Source: a bacterium
GTDB taxonomy: Bacteria > Patescibacteriota > Microgenomatia > Levybacterales > UBA12049
Assembly: GCA_021824155.1 (NCBI GenBank)
Contig: JAKALN010000004.1
Location: 1 to 38,925, forward strand
Direction: 5' to 3'
Length of the DNA stretch: 38,925 bases
Shown piece by piece: positions 28,096 to 38,114 of the stretch. A program made the position numbers and the translations under genes. Under the pieces are notes generated by a model. That model was not told where the DNA came from. It did not search any database and worked only from the letters and a program-made list of their open reading frames with translations. The first letter of the stretch is position 1. Each line of letters begins with the position of its first letter.

Positions 28096-28728
28096 ATGGA
28101 CAGTTTTTTAATAACAGGGCCAATCCGGCAAACAAAAGACTACGCATTTGATTTTTTAAAAAAAGAAAAAATAGACAAAATAGATATAACCGTTGTCGAA
28201 TCGGAAAAAGCAGTGGGAATTGCCCAGGTCAAAGAATTCCGGAAAAAAATTTATTTAAAGCCTTATAAAAGCGATAAAAAAGCGGTAATACTTAAGGCTG
28301 ATACGGGGCTGACAACCGAAGCCCAAAATGCGCTTCTCAAAGTTTTGGAAGAACCGCCAGGCAATACGGTTATTGCAATTCTTATTGAATCTTTGGAAAA
28401 TGTCCTTCCTACAATTATTTCAAGATGCAAAATAATATCTTTGGAAAAAGAAAAGGGAGAAAAAGATCTAAAGGAATTTGAAAATATTTTAACGTCTTTA
28501 AAAAACAGGGGAGTGGGGGAAAGGTTAAAACTGGCCCAGGATTATTCCAAAGACAGGGAAACTGCATTGGAATTTTTAAAAAATCTAATATTTGCATCGG
28601 AAAACTTACTAAAAAATGACAGCGGGCTTTCCCCGACGGTAAAATTACTCCAGGAAACTTATAAGGAAATTAAAAATACAAATACAAACCTGCGTCTTGT
28701 AATGGAACACCTGTTCCTTTCGATTTAG
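28096..28728 (+). CDS. holB: DNA polymerase III delta' subunit-like protein, short form (start moved to ATG 28096)
   Basis: GIAQVK, KP..S..K.VI, LTTEAQNALLKVLEEPP, LPTIISRC, N.NLRL.ME.L. Confidence 0.88.
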   Translation: MDSFLITGPIRQTKDYAFDFLKKEKIDKIDITVVESEKAVGIAQVKEFRKKIYLKPYKSDKKAVILKADTGLTTEAQNALLKVLEEPPGNTVIAILIESLENVLPTIISRCKIISLEKEKGEKDLKEFENILTSLKNRGVGERLKLAQDYSKDRETALEFLKNLIFASENLLKNDSGLSPTVKLLQETYKEIKNTNTNLRLVMEHLFLSI

Positions 28729-29198
28729 TGGGGAAGGCGGGGCAATTGGTCTGTTATAGCAAAGTTTGCTTTCGGGTCCTGGGCAAGCCTTGAAACAAGC
28801 CTTAGTTCTTCCAACCCTACCTTTATGGCAGGTTTTATAAGCTCGTCTTCTGCGGGTTCTTTTTTCTCGTCGGTATAGTGGATTGCCGCATAAGGGGCTG
28901 CTTCCTGGTCCATTGCAACAAAACCCCCTTTCTTAACAAGGGAAGTGCCGTTTACAAAATAACTTACCCTTTCGGAAATATCCCTGTCCAAATACCAGAC
29001 ACTAAACCTTACAAGATTTTGCCCGGGAGAAAAACCTTCTACAACCATGCGCTTGTCCCGGGAAAAGCTGTCCGTAATAAATCCCGTATCTCCAACGGGT
29101 AAATGCGAAAGCCTTTGGCGTACTGCTGTTGAAATTTTTCCCGCCAATTCGGCATATTCATGATTTTTTGTGTCTTTGGAGCGCGCTTTTTCCGTCAT
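28725..29198 (-). CDS. Hypothetical protein
   Basis: 157-aa ORF; TATAAT 9 nt before the ATG. Confidence 0.75.
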   Translation of the reverse strand: MTEKARSKDTKNHEYAELAGKISTAVRQRLSHLPVGDTGFITDSFSRDKRMVVEGFSPGQNLVRFSVWYLDRDISERVSYFVNGTSLVKKGGFVAMDQEAAPYAAIHYTDEKKEPAEDELIKPAIKVGLEELRLVSRLAQDPKANFAITDQLPRLPH

Positions 29199-29246
29199 AG
29201 TCCGAGAATTATATACTGACAGGAGAGAATTTTCAAATACCGGAAG

Positions 29247-29903
29247 TTACTGCTTCTGTATGCTCTGGACCATCTGGTCCATTTGGGAAAGAATCTGCTG
29301 GTCGGGGTTAGTAGGCGCCATGTAAAGTATAGAGCCAAACGTTGTTACAAAAGAATACGAATTGGAGGCGTTTTTCTGGCAAATCGCATACTGGTCTTCG
29401 CCGTTTGGATAGGGGATTTTACTTTTGCTTCTTCTGTAAAAGTTAACGTCACCGCTATAAGACAGCGGAACAAAAGACGTATATTCCTGCGACATCGGTT
29501 CGGGACTTGGGCCCGGATAAGAACATCCTCCGTTTCCCATATTTGTCTGGTTTATCTGCAGTTGGTACTGTCCGTTTGTAATAGTTAATAAATCCTGATA
29601 ATTGTTTGTCGTTTTTTCCTGCTGCCAGCCCAAAGGAATGCTGATTGTATATTTTGGAAAACTTCCGAAGCCTCCGGCTGTTACGGTCTGAGATGCCGCA
29701 CCGGAAGGTACAGGTGTTGCGGGATTTAAACTTTGGACGGGAGAGTTTTGGACAGGAGCTGTACTTGCCTGGGTTTGGCCGGTTGTTGTCTGTCCCTGGG
29801 GTTTATTCAGTCTTATGCCAATATAAATTCCGCCTCCGACTAAAATGGCGAAGATTATTACTCCTAAGACTGCTTTTCCAAATACGGAAAAGAACCTTTC
29901 CAT
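29247..29903 (-). CDS. Membrane-anchored extracellular protein with Gln/Thr/Pro linker
   Basis: N-terminal TM, low-complexity linker, globular domain with YTISIP.GW, two Cys, MDQMVQSI end. Confidence 0.85.
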   Translation of the reverse strand: MERFFSVFGKAVLGVIIFAILVGGGIYIGIRLNKPQGQTTTGQTQASTAPVQNSPVQSLNPATPVPSGAASQTVTAGGFGSFPKYTISIPLGWQQEKTTNNYQDLLTITNGQYQLQINQTNMGNGGCSYPGPSPEPMSQEYTSFVPLSYSGDVNFYRRSKSKIPYPNGEDQYAICQKNASNSYSFVTTFGSILYMAPTNPDQQILSQMDQMVQSIQKQ

Positions 29904-29987
29904 AAGCGGATTAAAGCAGAATGCGCGTCAAAAATCAATATAGTAATTTAGCAGAAGAAAAAATATTTTTTTTGTTATAATATCCCG

Positions 29988-30182
29988 ATGGTAGAAAAAA
30001 CAGCGGGGCAAAGGACAGCGGCCGAACATATAGAAAGGGCAAGAAAAATAGGCGAAAAAACTGCCGGAACGGCAGCTTCTCCCGATGAAAGGCCAATGTC
30101 TTTGTGGGAAGAAGCAAGAATGAAAGCCATTAACTCCGGGCGCCCGGCCCACACAAACGTCTTCGGATTTAAAATTTTTTAG
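29988..30182 (+). CDS. Small hypothetical protein, probably leaderless
   Basis: 64 aa; TGtTATAAT 6 nt before the ATG. Confidence 0.65.
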   Translation: MVEKTAGQRTAAEHIERARKIGEKTAGTAASPDERPMSLWEEARMKAINSGRPAHTNVFGFKIF

Positions 30183-30250
30183 CCCCTTAATTTGACAGAC
30201 AATATTTTTGGTGGAATACTCTAAATAGATACAAAAAGGAGGTGATAACA

Positions 30251-30418
30251 TTGAACAAAAAAATGCAGGAGTGTTTTACTCCTCATGCTTTGATGCACAG
30301 CCTTTTCGGACTGGGGCTCGGAATGCTTTTGGTAAGCCTGGTACCAAGTCTTTCAGTCTGGTGGTACGGAGTAGCGGTACTGGTTGTCGCAGTGGTTCTT
30401 GATTTTTTCAGGAAATAA
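30251..30418 (+). CDS. Small 55-aa two-helix membrane protein (not in the ORF track)
   Basis: TTG start after strong SD AAAGGAGGTGA and TTGACA at 30192; MNKKMQECFTPHALMHSLFGLGLGMLLVSLVPSLSVWWYGVAVLVVAVVLDFFRK. Confidence 0.85.
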   Translation: MNKKMQECFTPHALMHSLFGLGLGMLLVSLVPSLSVWWYGVAVLVVAVVLDFFRK

Positions 30419-30424
30419 TTTAAT

Positions 30425-30994
30425 TTATTTTTTGTAACGTAAGAATTTTTGCCTGGCATGTCCATGCCGGATGTTGAATTTATCTTTCCAGCGCAAAGTC
30501 CAGGCTTCAAGCAAATCATCGGCAATATCAATTTCCGTACGGGGATTATGCTCGTCTTCAACATAGACGCTCCCTCTTGCAATTAAATCATTTGCCGCCA
30601 ATTCCAAATTTCTGACTCTTAATTTATCTTTCCCGCCGGTATAAAAATGGGCAACTTCCTCTCTTCCAAGGGCAAGCCTTGTCAAAGATGTTTCCAGATT
30701 AATTCTTTTAAGGTCGTCTTTTAGCACCTGTTTTTTTGTGGACGTAAATTCGGGGGAATGGGTTATCCACTCCAAATCATAAAGCCTTGTCCTGACTACT
30801 CTTTCCGCTATAAAAGAATGGAGTAAGATGGAGTCGGAATTGTTAAGGCCCAAAATATATACCAGTTGGCAGTCTTGCATAATATTGCGTGCCTCGGAAA
30901 GGCTTTCCAGCATTTCCCTTGTCGGATTCTGGGCATGCCTTCTTATTACGTCTTCCAGTGTGTATATGGGCGCCGGTCCTATTGTCTCTCTCAT
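30425..30994 (-). CDS. Hypothetical protein
   Basis: 189-aa ORF with protein-like composition, no recognised motif. Confidence 0.75.
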   Translation of the reverse strand: MRETIGPAPIYTLEDVIRRHAQNPTREMLESLSEARNIMQDCQLVYILGLNNSDSILLHSFIAERVVRTRLYDLEWITHSPEFTSTKKQVLKDDLKRINLETSLTRLALGREEVAHFYTGGKDKLRVRNLELAANDLIARGSVYVEDEHNPRTEIDIADDLLEAWTLRWKDKFNIRHGHARQKFLRYKK

Positions 30995-31089
30995 TATGAA
31001 GTGTTAAATATAGCATAAATTTAAAAAAATGGGAACTCATAGTTTATCCTATAGTTGAATTTAGCCTCGGTTTAAAGTATAATTTAGAT

Positions 31090-31368
31090 ATGAAAAGAGG
31101 AAGAGAATCAGAACCATTCCAAAAACAGGAATATCTGCATTTTAAACATAAAGTGGTAAAAGACCGGATAAGGCAGGCGTTGTATAGACCGGAAGGACTG
31201 ACTTCCGAAGAGGAGAGGGAGTTATTCACACACGCAAATTTTGTGGAAATTTTGGTTTATTTTGGAGCTCCTTTACCTTTTGCGCTTAAAGCTCTTGGGG
31301 AATTTATACAATATTCCGATTCTATAATAAATAAAGCTCAAGATTTATCCAGGCCCGAAGGGTTTTGA
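31090..31368 (+). CDS. Small hypothetical protein, probably leaderless
   Basis: 92 aa; TATAAT 6 nt before the ATG. Confidence 0.65.
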   Translation: MKRGRESEPFQKQEYLHFKHKVVKDRIRQALYRPEGLTSEEERELFTHANFVEILVYFGAPLPFALKALGEFIQYSDSIINKAQDLSRPEGF

Positions 31369-31589
31369 TGGCGGTTGTTCCGTTGATTAACACCCTCTAC
31401 CAGCATATCGTGGACGTCCCCGAGCCTAAGCCTTCCCGCCCTTACCAATTCTTCCAATGCTCTTTGTTTATCTATCTCGGATTGTTCTTCTAGCCTTGCT
31501 TTTTGCGCCTTATTTCCGGGAGTTGGATATCCAATCAAGGCAGGATGTTCTTCGGGTTTAATAAATGTAGGCCGTTCTTTACCGCCCAT
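31338..31589 (-). CDS. Small hypothetical protein (start moved to ATG 31589)
   Basis: MGGKERPT...; TATAAT 10 nt before the ATG; short convergent overlap with neighbour. Confidence 0.6.
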   Translation of the reverse strand: MGGKERPTFIKPEEHPALIGYPTPGNKAQKARLEEQSEIDKQRALEELVRAGRLRLGDVHDMLVEGVNQRNNRHQNPSGLDKS

Positions 31590-31640
31590 AGTTGGGAATA
31601 TTATACCCAATTCAAAAGAATAAATCGAGGAAAATTTGGT

Positions 31641-32087
31641 TTAAAGCCACCTTCGGACTTTAGATTTATAATCTTTATAGCTTTGTCCGAATTTTTTTTC
31701 CAGAATTTTTTCCTCGGGGGGTATCAAATATTTATCAAAAACTAAAAATTCAATTATTACTACTATAAAAGGGGAGAAATCCCGAAAATATACGGCAACA
31801 CCTAAGGCAATTAAGTTAAGGCTTATATAAAAAGCATTCCTTGTATATTTAAATGGCCCTTCTGTTATTAAAATTTTTGGGTTGGAACCATAGGGGATAG
31901 GAGTTTTATGATGCATAGTAACAAATTGCCAGAATGAAAGCAGAAAACTAAAAATAATCAAAACCCAACCTAAATTCCTAAACTCCAAAGGGATTATTTT
32001 TGCAACGGGAAAGAAAAAATGGAGAAACACTTCCAAAATAACGCTTATTGTAAAAACAGTGGGCGGATGAATAATCTTTTCCTTCAC
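31641..32087 (-). CDS. Isoprenylcysteine carboxyl methyltransferase / PEMT family membrane protein
   Basis: IHPPT.F, LITEGPFKYTRNAFY, IPPEEK.LEKKFG..Y.DYK..VRRWL; TGtTATAAT 6 nt before GTG. Confidence 0.9.
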   Translation of the reverse strand: MKEKIIHPPTVFTISVILEVFLHFFFPVAKIIPLEFRNLGWVLIIFSFLLSFWQFVTMHHKTPIPYGSNPKILITEGPFKYTRNAFYISLNLIALGVAVYFRDFSPFIVVIIEFLVFDKYLIPPEEKILEKKFGQSYKDYKSKVRRWL

Positions 32088-32125
32088 AAGAAAATTATAA
32101 CATTGTTGTTTATTTGGGAGCGGCC

Positions 32126-32617
32126 TTAGCTAGGACCTCCGGGATAAAATGGATTATCTAAAAGTGGCCCATCTTCACTCCTAGTCATCTTAGTGGCAGG
32201 AGATTTGTAAGCTTTTTCAAAAGCTCTATCAACTTTTTCAGGATCCTGTGCGTCCTTTGCGCTTAGGATAGTATGTCCTACCCTAACCCGACCATCTTCC
32301 ATACCTCCAAACACAATTACCTTCTCTGTTGTTTCATGCTCTCGCCAACCTACGCTCCTAGTTTTAGTGTCCAAAATGATTTGATTACCCCAAATAGGCT
32401 TATTTATTACCCCTGCTAAGTTTCGTGCAATTTCCGGAACCACACTGTTTTCTAAAGCATGCCTTCTCAAAGCTTCTCTTCTGTCATCCTCTGCTCGAAT
32501 TAACCTTAACCTTTCTTCTTCTATTCGTTGCAGTTCCGCGCGGCGAAGATCTGCTCGTCTTGATTGTTCTTCTGCCCTTGCTCTTTCAGCTCTAAGTCTT
32601 TCAACAAATCCACTCAT
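32126..32617 (-). CDS. Hypothetical protein with N-terminal charged (E/R) helix
   Basis: 163 aa; TGaTATAAT 6 nt before the ATG. Confidence 0.75.
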   Translation of the reverse strand: MSGFVERLRAERARAEEQSRRADLRRAELQRIEEERLRLIRAEDDRREALRRHALENSVVPEIARNLAGVINKPIWGNQIILDTKTRSVGWREHETTEKVIVFGGMEDGRVRVGHTILSAKDAQDPEKVDRAFEKAYKSPATKMTRSEDGPLLDNPFYPGGPS

Positions 32618-32712
32618 ACAGTTATTATATCACTATTAGTCAAACTATAAGTTTAATTTAACGAACAGCCGGCTTTTAAACCAATCGTGGTAAAATTTAT
32701 AAAACTCTAGCG

Positions 32713-32729
32713 TCAACCCCTGGGGTTGA
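32713..32729. repeat. Perfect 17-bp palindrome
   Basis: tcaacccc-t-ggggttga just upstream of the first cassette-junction motif. Confidence 0.8.
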
Positions 32730-32735
32730 GCGGAC

Positions 32736-32771
32736 AAAATTTGGTTTTGGAGCCTCACAGTAGTATAATCC
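32736..32771 (+). repeat. Junction/promoter repeat, copy 1
   Basis: AAAATTTGGTTTTGGAGCCTCACAGTAGTATAATCC, 35/36 identical to 33581-33616. Confidence 0.9.
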
Positions 32772-32779
32772 CTTTTTAT

Positions 32780-33049
32780 ATGAATAATATGGTTGAAAAT
32801 CCACAGATAAATGAGCTTAAGGGCAGATTGAATGGGGAAACTTTCCGCTCTGCAATTTCCGGATTAGGAATGTCCGGAGGAATTATCGGGGGCTTAGACC
32901 TTATCGTCAAAGGCGTAGAACAACACGACGCGTTATCTGCTGCTATAGGAGTTTTTGGAGTTGCATTCGGAGTGACTAATTTAAAAAACTTCTTTTTTAG
33001 TATGAGACTCCTCAATAGAACAATAACCGAAATAGAAAAAATAAAATAA
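32780..33049 (+). CDS. Small glycine-rich two-TM hypothetical protein (start ATG 32780 or 32789)
   Basis: GLGMSGGIIGGL and AAIGVFGVAFGV helices; TATAAT at 32764. Confidence 0.7.
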   Translation: MNNMVENPQINELKGRLNGETFRSAISGLGMSGGIIGGLDLIVKGVEQHDALSAAIGVFGVAFGVTNLKNFFFSMRLLNRTITEIEKIK

Positions 33050-33058
33050 CCCCCCCGG

Positions 33059-33096
33059 AAAATTTGGGTTTTGGAGACCGGTTTGTGTGCTACAAT
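33059..33096 (+). repeat. Junction/promoter repeat, copy 2
   Basis: AAAATTTGGGTTTTGGAGACC followed by TGcTACAAT. Confidence 0.8.
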
Positions 33097-33103
33097 TGCT
33101 TAA

Positions 33104-33349
33104 ATGGCCGAAAGACTAAATCCGGGACCCGAACATTTAGGACTCGATCAATTACCGACTGACATACAAAACGCAAGTTGGGGAATTGTAAGATTTGCAT
33201 CCAGGATTCTTCCCGCACAAGGACAAACTCCGGAAGATACCAGAGAAGAACGTATGGCATTATTGGTTTCTCATTACACCGGAGAATTAGGAAAGCTTAT
33301 CCAAAGACTTGGAACCCCCGAAGAAATTACCGCGCTGTCTAAAATTTAA
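33104..33349 (+). CDS. Small hypothetical protein, leaderless
   Basis: 81 aa MAERL...; TGcTACAAT 7 nt before the ATG. Confidence 0.7.
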   Translation: MAERLNPGPEHLGLDQLPTDIQNASWGIVRFASRILPAQGQTPEDTREERMALLVSHYTGELGKLIQRLGTPEEITALSKI

Positions 33350-33352
33350 CAG

Positions 33353-33367
33353 AAAATTTGGATTTGA
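33353..33367 (+). repeat. Junction repeat, degenerate copy 3
   Basis: AAAATTTGGATTTGA, 3 nt after the stop codon. Confidence 0.6.
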
Positions 33368-33370
33368 AAA

Positions 33371-33580
33371 ACTTTTCTTCTCTTGTGCCGACAAGAAGAA
33401 GCAGAAACTCTCGTCTAGCCTTGTCTCCAGCTTTCAAGCTTTCGCTCGTTTATCGGGTGATTTCACCCCCTCCTCAACAAGTTTGTGAGGAATCCCCCTG
33501 ATGCACTCTCTCAAGCTTTCATGCAGTTGACAGCGGACAGACGAACAAACCGAAGAAACAGGAAAACAAATTTGGAAGGG
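33371..33580. other. Candidate structured non-coding element (ncRNA or folded ssDNA)
   Basis: Several hairpins (tcttgt/acaaga, gggtga/tcaccc, tcctca/tgagga, outer tcgtct/agacga); TCAAGCTTTC occurs twice; no convincing ORF. Confidence 0.45.
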
Positions 33581-33616
33581 AAAATTTGGTTTTGGAGCCG
33601 CACAGTAGTATAATCC
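33581..33616 (+). repeat. Junction/promoter repeat, copy 4
   Basis: AAAATTTGGTTTTGGAGCCGCACAGTAGTATAATCC. Confidence 0.9.
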
Positions 33617-33620
33617 GGCC

Positions 33621-33869
33621 ATGAGCAGAGAAGTTGATTCATCTAAGTGCACCGCAATTATGGAAGTAGGTCCAAGAGATAAGAGCGGACCCTATATCGG
33701 AATTTGTAAATATTTTGGCACAGGACATTGCTTGATGGACGAATATAAAGAAGGCCCACTTCCGCAAGACGCCAGGATAATCAGGGGCGAATGCAGAGCA
33801 GACTGGGAAGCGTTGAGTAAATTGGGAAAAATTCGCAAAGCCCTTTCAGATTTGGCAAAAAAGGGGTAA
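33621..33869 (+). CDS. Small 4-Cys hypothetical protein, leaderless
   Basis: 82 aa with C..C..HC..C, possible Zn-binding; TATAAT 6 nt before the ATG. Confidence 0.7.
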   Translation: MSREVDSSKCTAIMEVGPRDKSGPYIGICKYFGTGHCLMDEYKEGPLPQDARIIRGECRADWEALSKLGKIRKALSDLAKKG

Positions 33870-33925
33870 GATTGTCTCCTCCCAGAATTTAAAAAGCCGA
33901 TAGTGATATAATAAAAGCAATATTT

Positions 33926-34894
33926 GTGACTAATAACATAAGCGATCAGACCGAAGAATTTGTAAAAAACTTTAGAAACTTAGATGAGGAAATCATACCC
34001 TGGATCGATGATGACGCTGTAGGATTAAGCATAATCAAAAATTATCCTGAAAACTCTTTATTCGTTCCTGCAAGAAATCTCAACGGAGAACCAGATTCTG
34101 TAGCACTTATAAAAATTGGTTATACTAATAGTAAAAATATAGAAAAAGAAGAAAATAATGTAAATTTATTTATTTCTATTAGTAAAGTTAGCCGATATTT
34201 ACTTAACAATCACTGGAATTACGATTTCAAAGATCCTAAATCCCCAACAGAAGAATCTCTTAAAAAAAGTAAAGAATCAAAACAACCAATTGATTTAGAA
34301 GATGCCCAGTACCAATATAACTTACCCACAAAAAGATTTTATAACTCTGAAAAGAAAAAATACGTTGAAGCAGGAGAAATTGTTGAGGAGATATATAAAT
34401 TACATTTAAAAACACTTAGGGCTGTTGGTTTTAGGGCTAAAATTAAACTACAAAAACAAATAATCGAATATTCCTATCCAATTAATAAATTATTAATAAG
34501 GACTAATTTCATTTTATTTGGAAGAAAAATTAAAGAATCAAAAAACTTTTCAACAGGAATATTTGAAACATATTCCCACAATGACCTTATCGATTTAACA
34601 ACAGAAAAAACAAAAATTTTAGGTTCAGATTTTCCAATAACAAATCAAACGGCTAGGACGTTTGTAGCTTTTATTACAGTTTTATTTTTATTTAAAATTT
34701 ATAGTGGACGAGATATATTAGGTATTATGTATTTAGTTCAAAAAAGTAGTGAGAATAATCTATTATTGGCCTCTTTTACGGCCACTTTATTATTTATATT
34801 TGACAGAGTCATTCCTCATTTAATACTTTTATTAGTAAATGTACTTATTAGATTGAGACTCTGGTTTATGTTTTGGAAAATAAAATTATCCTAA
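33926..34894 (+). CDS. Low-GC hypothetical protein with C-terminal TM helices
   Basis: 322-aa ORF; TGaTATAAT upstream; hydrophobic segments FVAFITVLFLF and LLLASFTATLLFIF..VIPHLILLLV. Confidence 0.85.
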   Translation: MTNNISDQTEEFVKNFRNLDEEIIPWIDDDAVGLSIIKNYPENSLFVPARNLNGEPDSVALIKIGYTNSKNIEKEENNVNLFISISKVSRYLLNNHWNYDFKDPKSPTEESLKKSKESKQPIDLEDAQYQYNLPTKRFYNSEKKKYVEAGEIVEEIYKLHLKTLRAVGFRAKIKLQKQIIEYSYPINKLLIRTNFILFGRKIKESKNFSTGIFETYSHNDLIDLTTEKTKILGSDFPITNQTARTFVAFITVLFLFKIYSGRDILGIMYLVQKSSENNLLLASFTATLLFIFDRVIPHLILLLVNVLIRLRLWFMFWKIKLS

Positions 34895-34904
34895 AATATA
34901 ATTT

Positions 34905-35372
34905 ATGACTACAAAAAAAATCATTATCGATTCTACGGAAATGTCCAATACGCTTTCTTCATACGCAAAAAAACTAAAGGAATCTGGAGTATTAAGAGAA
35001 CAATTAGCATCAGCGTTAATCTATGCTGGATTAGCAGAATATTTTTGCGATGAATTTATTAAGGCTTTAATTGATCAATTAAATTTAAAAAACCAAAAAG
35101 GCTCTGTTAATCTAAAATCAAAAATAGTTTATAAAAACGAAAACACCAATTTAGAATATGCTTTAATCAAACTAAAATATATAGAGTATCCTGATAAAAA
35201 CGAAATAGAAGAAATAATAAAGATTATTAAAGATGCACGAAATAATTTATTTCATAATCTTATAAGGGCTGGAGAGAAAAAAATAAACTTAAGTATAGAA
35301 ATAATAAAAATTCAAGATTATACTCCACTTCTAAGAGATAGATTAGCTCAATCTCTCATAAAAACACTTTAA
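34905..35372 (+). CDS. Low-GC helical protein with HEPN-like RxxxxH motif
   Basis: ARNNLFHN near the C-terminus; N-terminal helix ALIYAGLAEY. Confidence 0.65.
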   Translation: MTTKKIIIDSTEMSNTLSSYAKKLKESGVLREQLASALIYAGLAEYFCDEFIKALIDQLNLKNQKGSVNLKSKIVYKNENTNLEYALIKLKYIEYPDKNEIEEIIKIIKDARNNLFHNLIRAGEKKINLSIEIIKIQDYTPLLRDRLAQSLIKTL

Positions 35373-35417
35373 AGGCACTAGAATTACTTCATTTTTTCTG
35401 CTAAAATGGTTATATAA

Positions 35418-37373
<1,956 letters not shown>

Positions 37374-37383
37374 CTTTTGATTC

Positions 37384-37496
37384 TAGACAATAGATGCTGG
37401 ATGCTGGATTTTGAAGTTAGAAGATAGATGTTAGATATCCATCCTCTATTATCTAACCTCAAATTCTAATTTCCAGTTTCCACTGTCCATCCTCAA
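37384..37496. repeat. 7-nt-periodic inverted-repeat element (TAGATGT/CTAACTT-type), copy upstream of alkA
   Basis: tagacaa tagatgc tggatgc tggattt .. tagaaga tagatgt tagatat | ccatcct ctattat ctaacct .. ctaattt ccagttt ccactgt ccatcct. Confidence 0.88.
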
Positions 37497-37523
37497 CTTT
37501 CTATATGGTAAAATTTATGAACG

Positions 37524-38111
37524 ATGAGCAAGATAACTTTTACCGACGGGAAACTTAATGAGCTTGTAAAAAGGTACGGGCCGCCCACTTTTTTGGATAG
37601 AGAAGAACCACTTTTTGAAGGACTTATCGGTTCCATTATTTCCCAGCAGCTTTCTACAAAAGCAGCGGATACTATATATAAGAGGTTTTTGGCATTATTC
37701 AACAACAGATTTCCCACTCCAAAACAGATAATAAAAATAGACAAAGAAAAAGTTAGAGGAGCGGGAATTTCTTATATGAAGATTTCCTACATGAAAGACA
37801 TAGCAAAAGCCTTTGACGAAAAATTAATAGATGAAGAAAAAATAAAAAAAATGGATGACGAAGAAGTAATGGTGGAATTAATAAAATTAAGGGGGGTAGG
37901 GAAGTGGACCGCGGAAATGATTTTAATCTTTAATTTAAAAAGGCCCGATATTTTTTCTTTGGGGGATTTCGGACTAAGGCGGGCAATAAGAATTTTATAC
38001 GGGATAACCGATGAAAAAGAAATTCTTAAACTTTCCGAAAACTGGAAACCAAACAGAAGCATTGCGTGCTGGTACCTGTGGCAGTCTTTGGACAACAGTC
38101 CAAAGATTTGA
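37524..38111 (+). CDS. alkA: DNA-3-methyladenine glycosylase, AlkA / HhH-GPD family
   Basis: L..SIISQQLS.KAA..I..R, HhH LRGVGKWTAEM.LIF.L.RPD.F...D.GLR, W.P.RS.A.WYLW. Confidence 0.9.
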   Translation: MSKITFTDGKLNELVKRYGPPTFLDREEPLFEGLIGSIISQQLSTKAADTIYKRFLALFNNRFPTPKQIIKIDKEKVRGAGISYMKISYMKDIAKAFDEKLIDEEKIKKMDDEEVMVELIKLRGVGKWTAEMILIFNLKRPDIFSLGDFGLRRAIRILYGITDEKEILKLSENWKPNRSIACWYLWQSLDNSPKI

Positions 38112-38114
38112 TGA

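Noticed and set aside
33371-33580. tmRNA, RNase P, SRP RNA or hammerhead ribozyme
   Set aside because: Only partial resemblance (GAGGAATCC, GAAGCAG, CTGATGC); the required consensus motifs and ends are missing.
32736-33616. CRISPR array suggested by the 36-bp repeat
   Set aside because: Intervals are 200-300 bp and contain ORFs, the repeat includes a -10 box, and no cas genes are present.
33434-33652. 72-aa minus-strand ORF
   Set aside because: It runs through the junction motif, the promoter and the start of the opposite gene.
28725-35372. Prophage or IS element
   Set aside because: No integrase, transposase, phage structural gene or terminal inverted repeat recognised.
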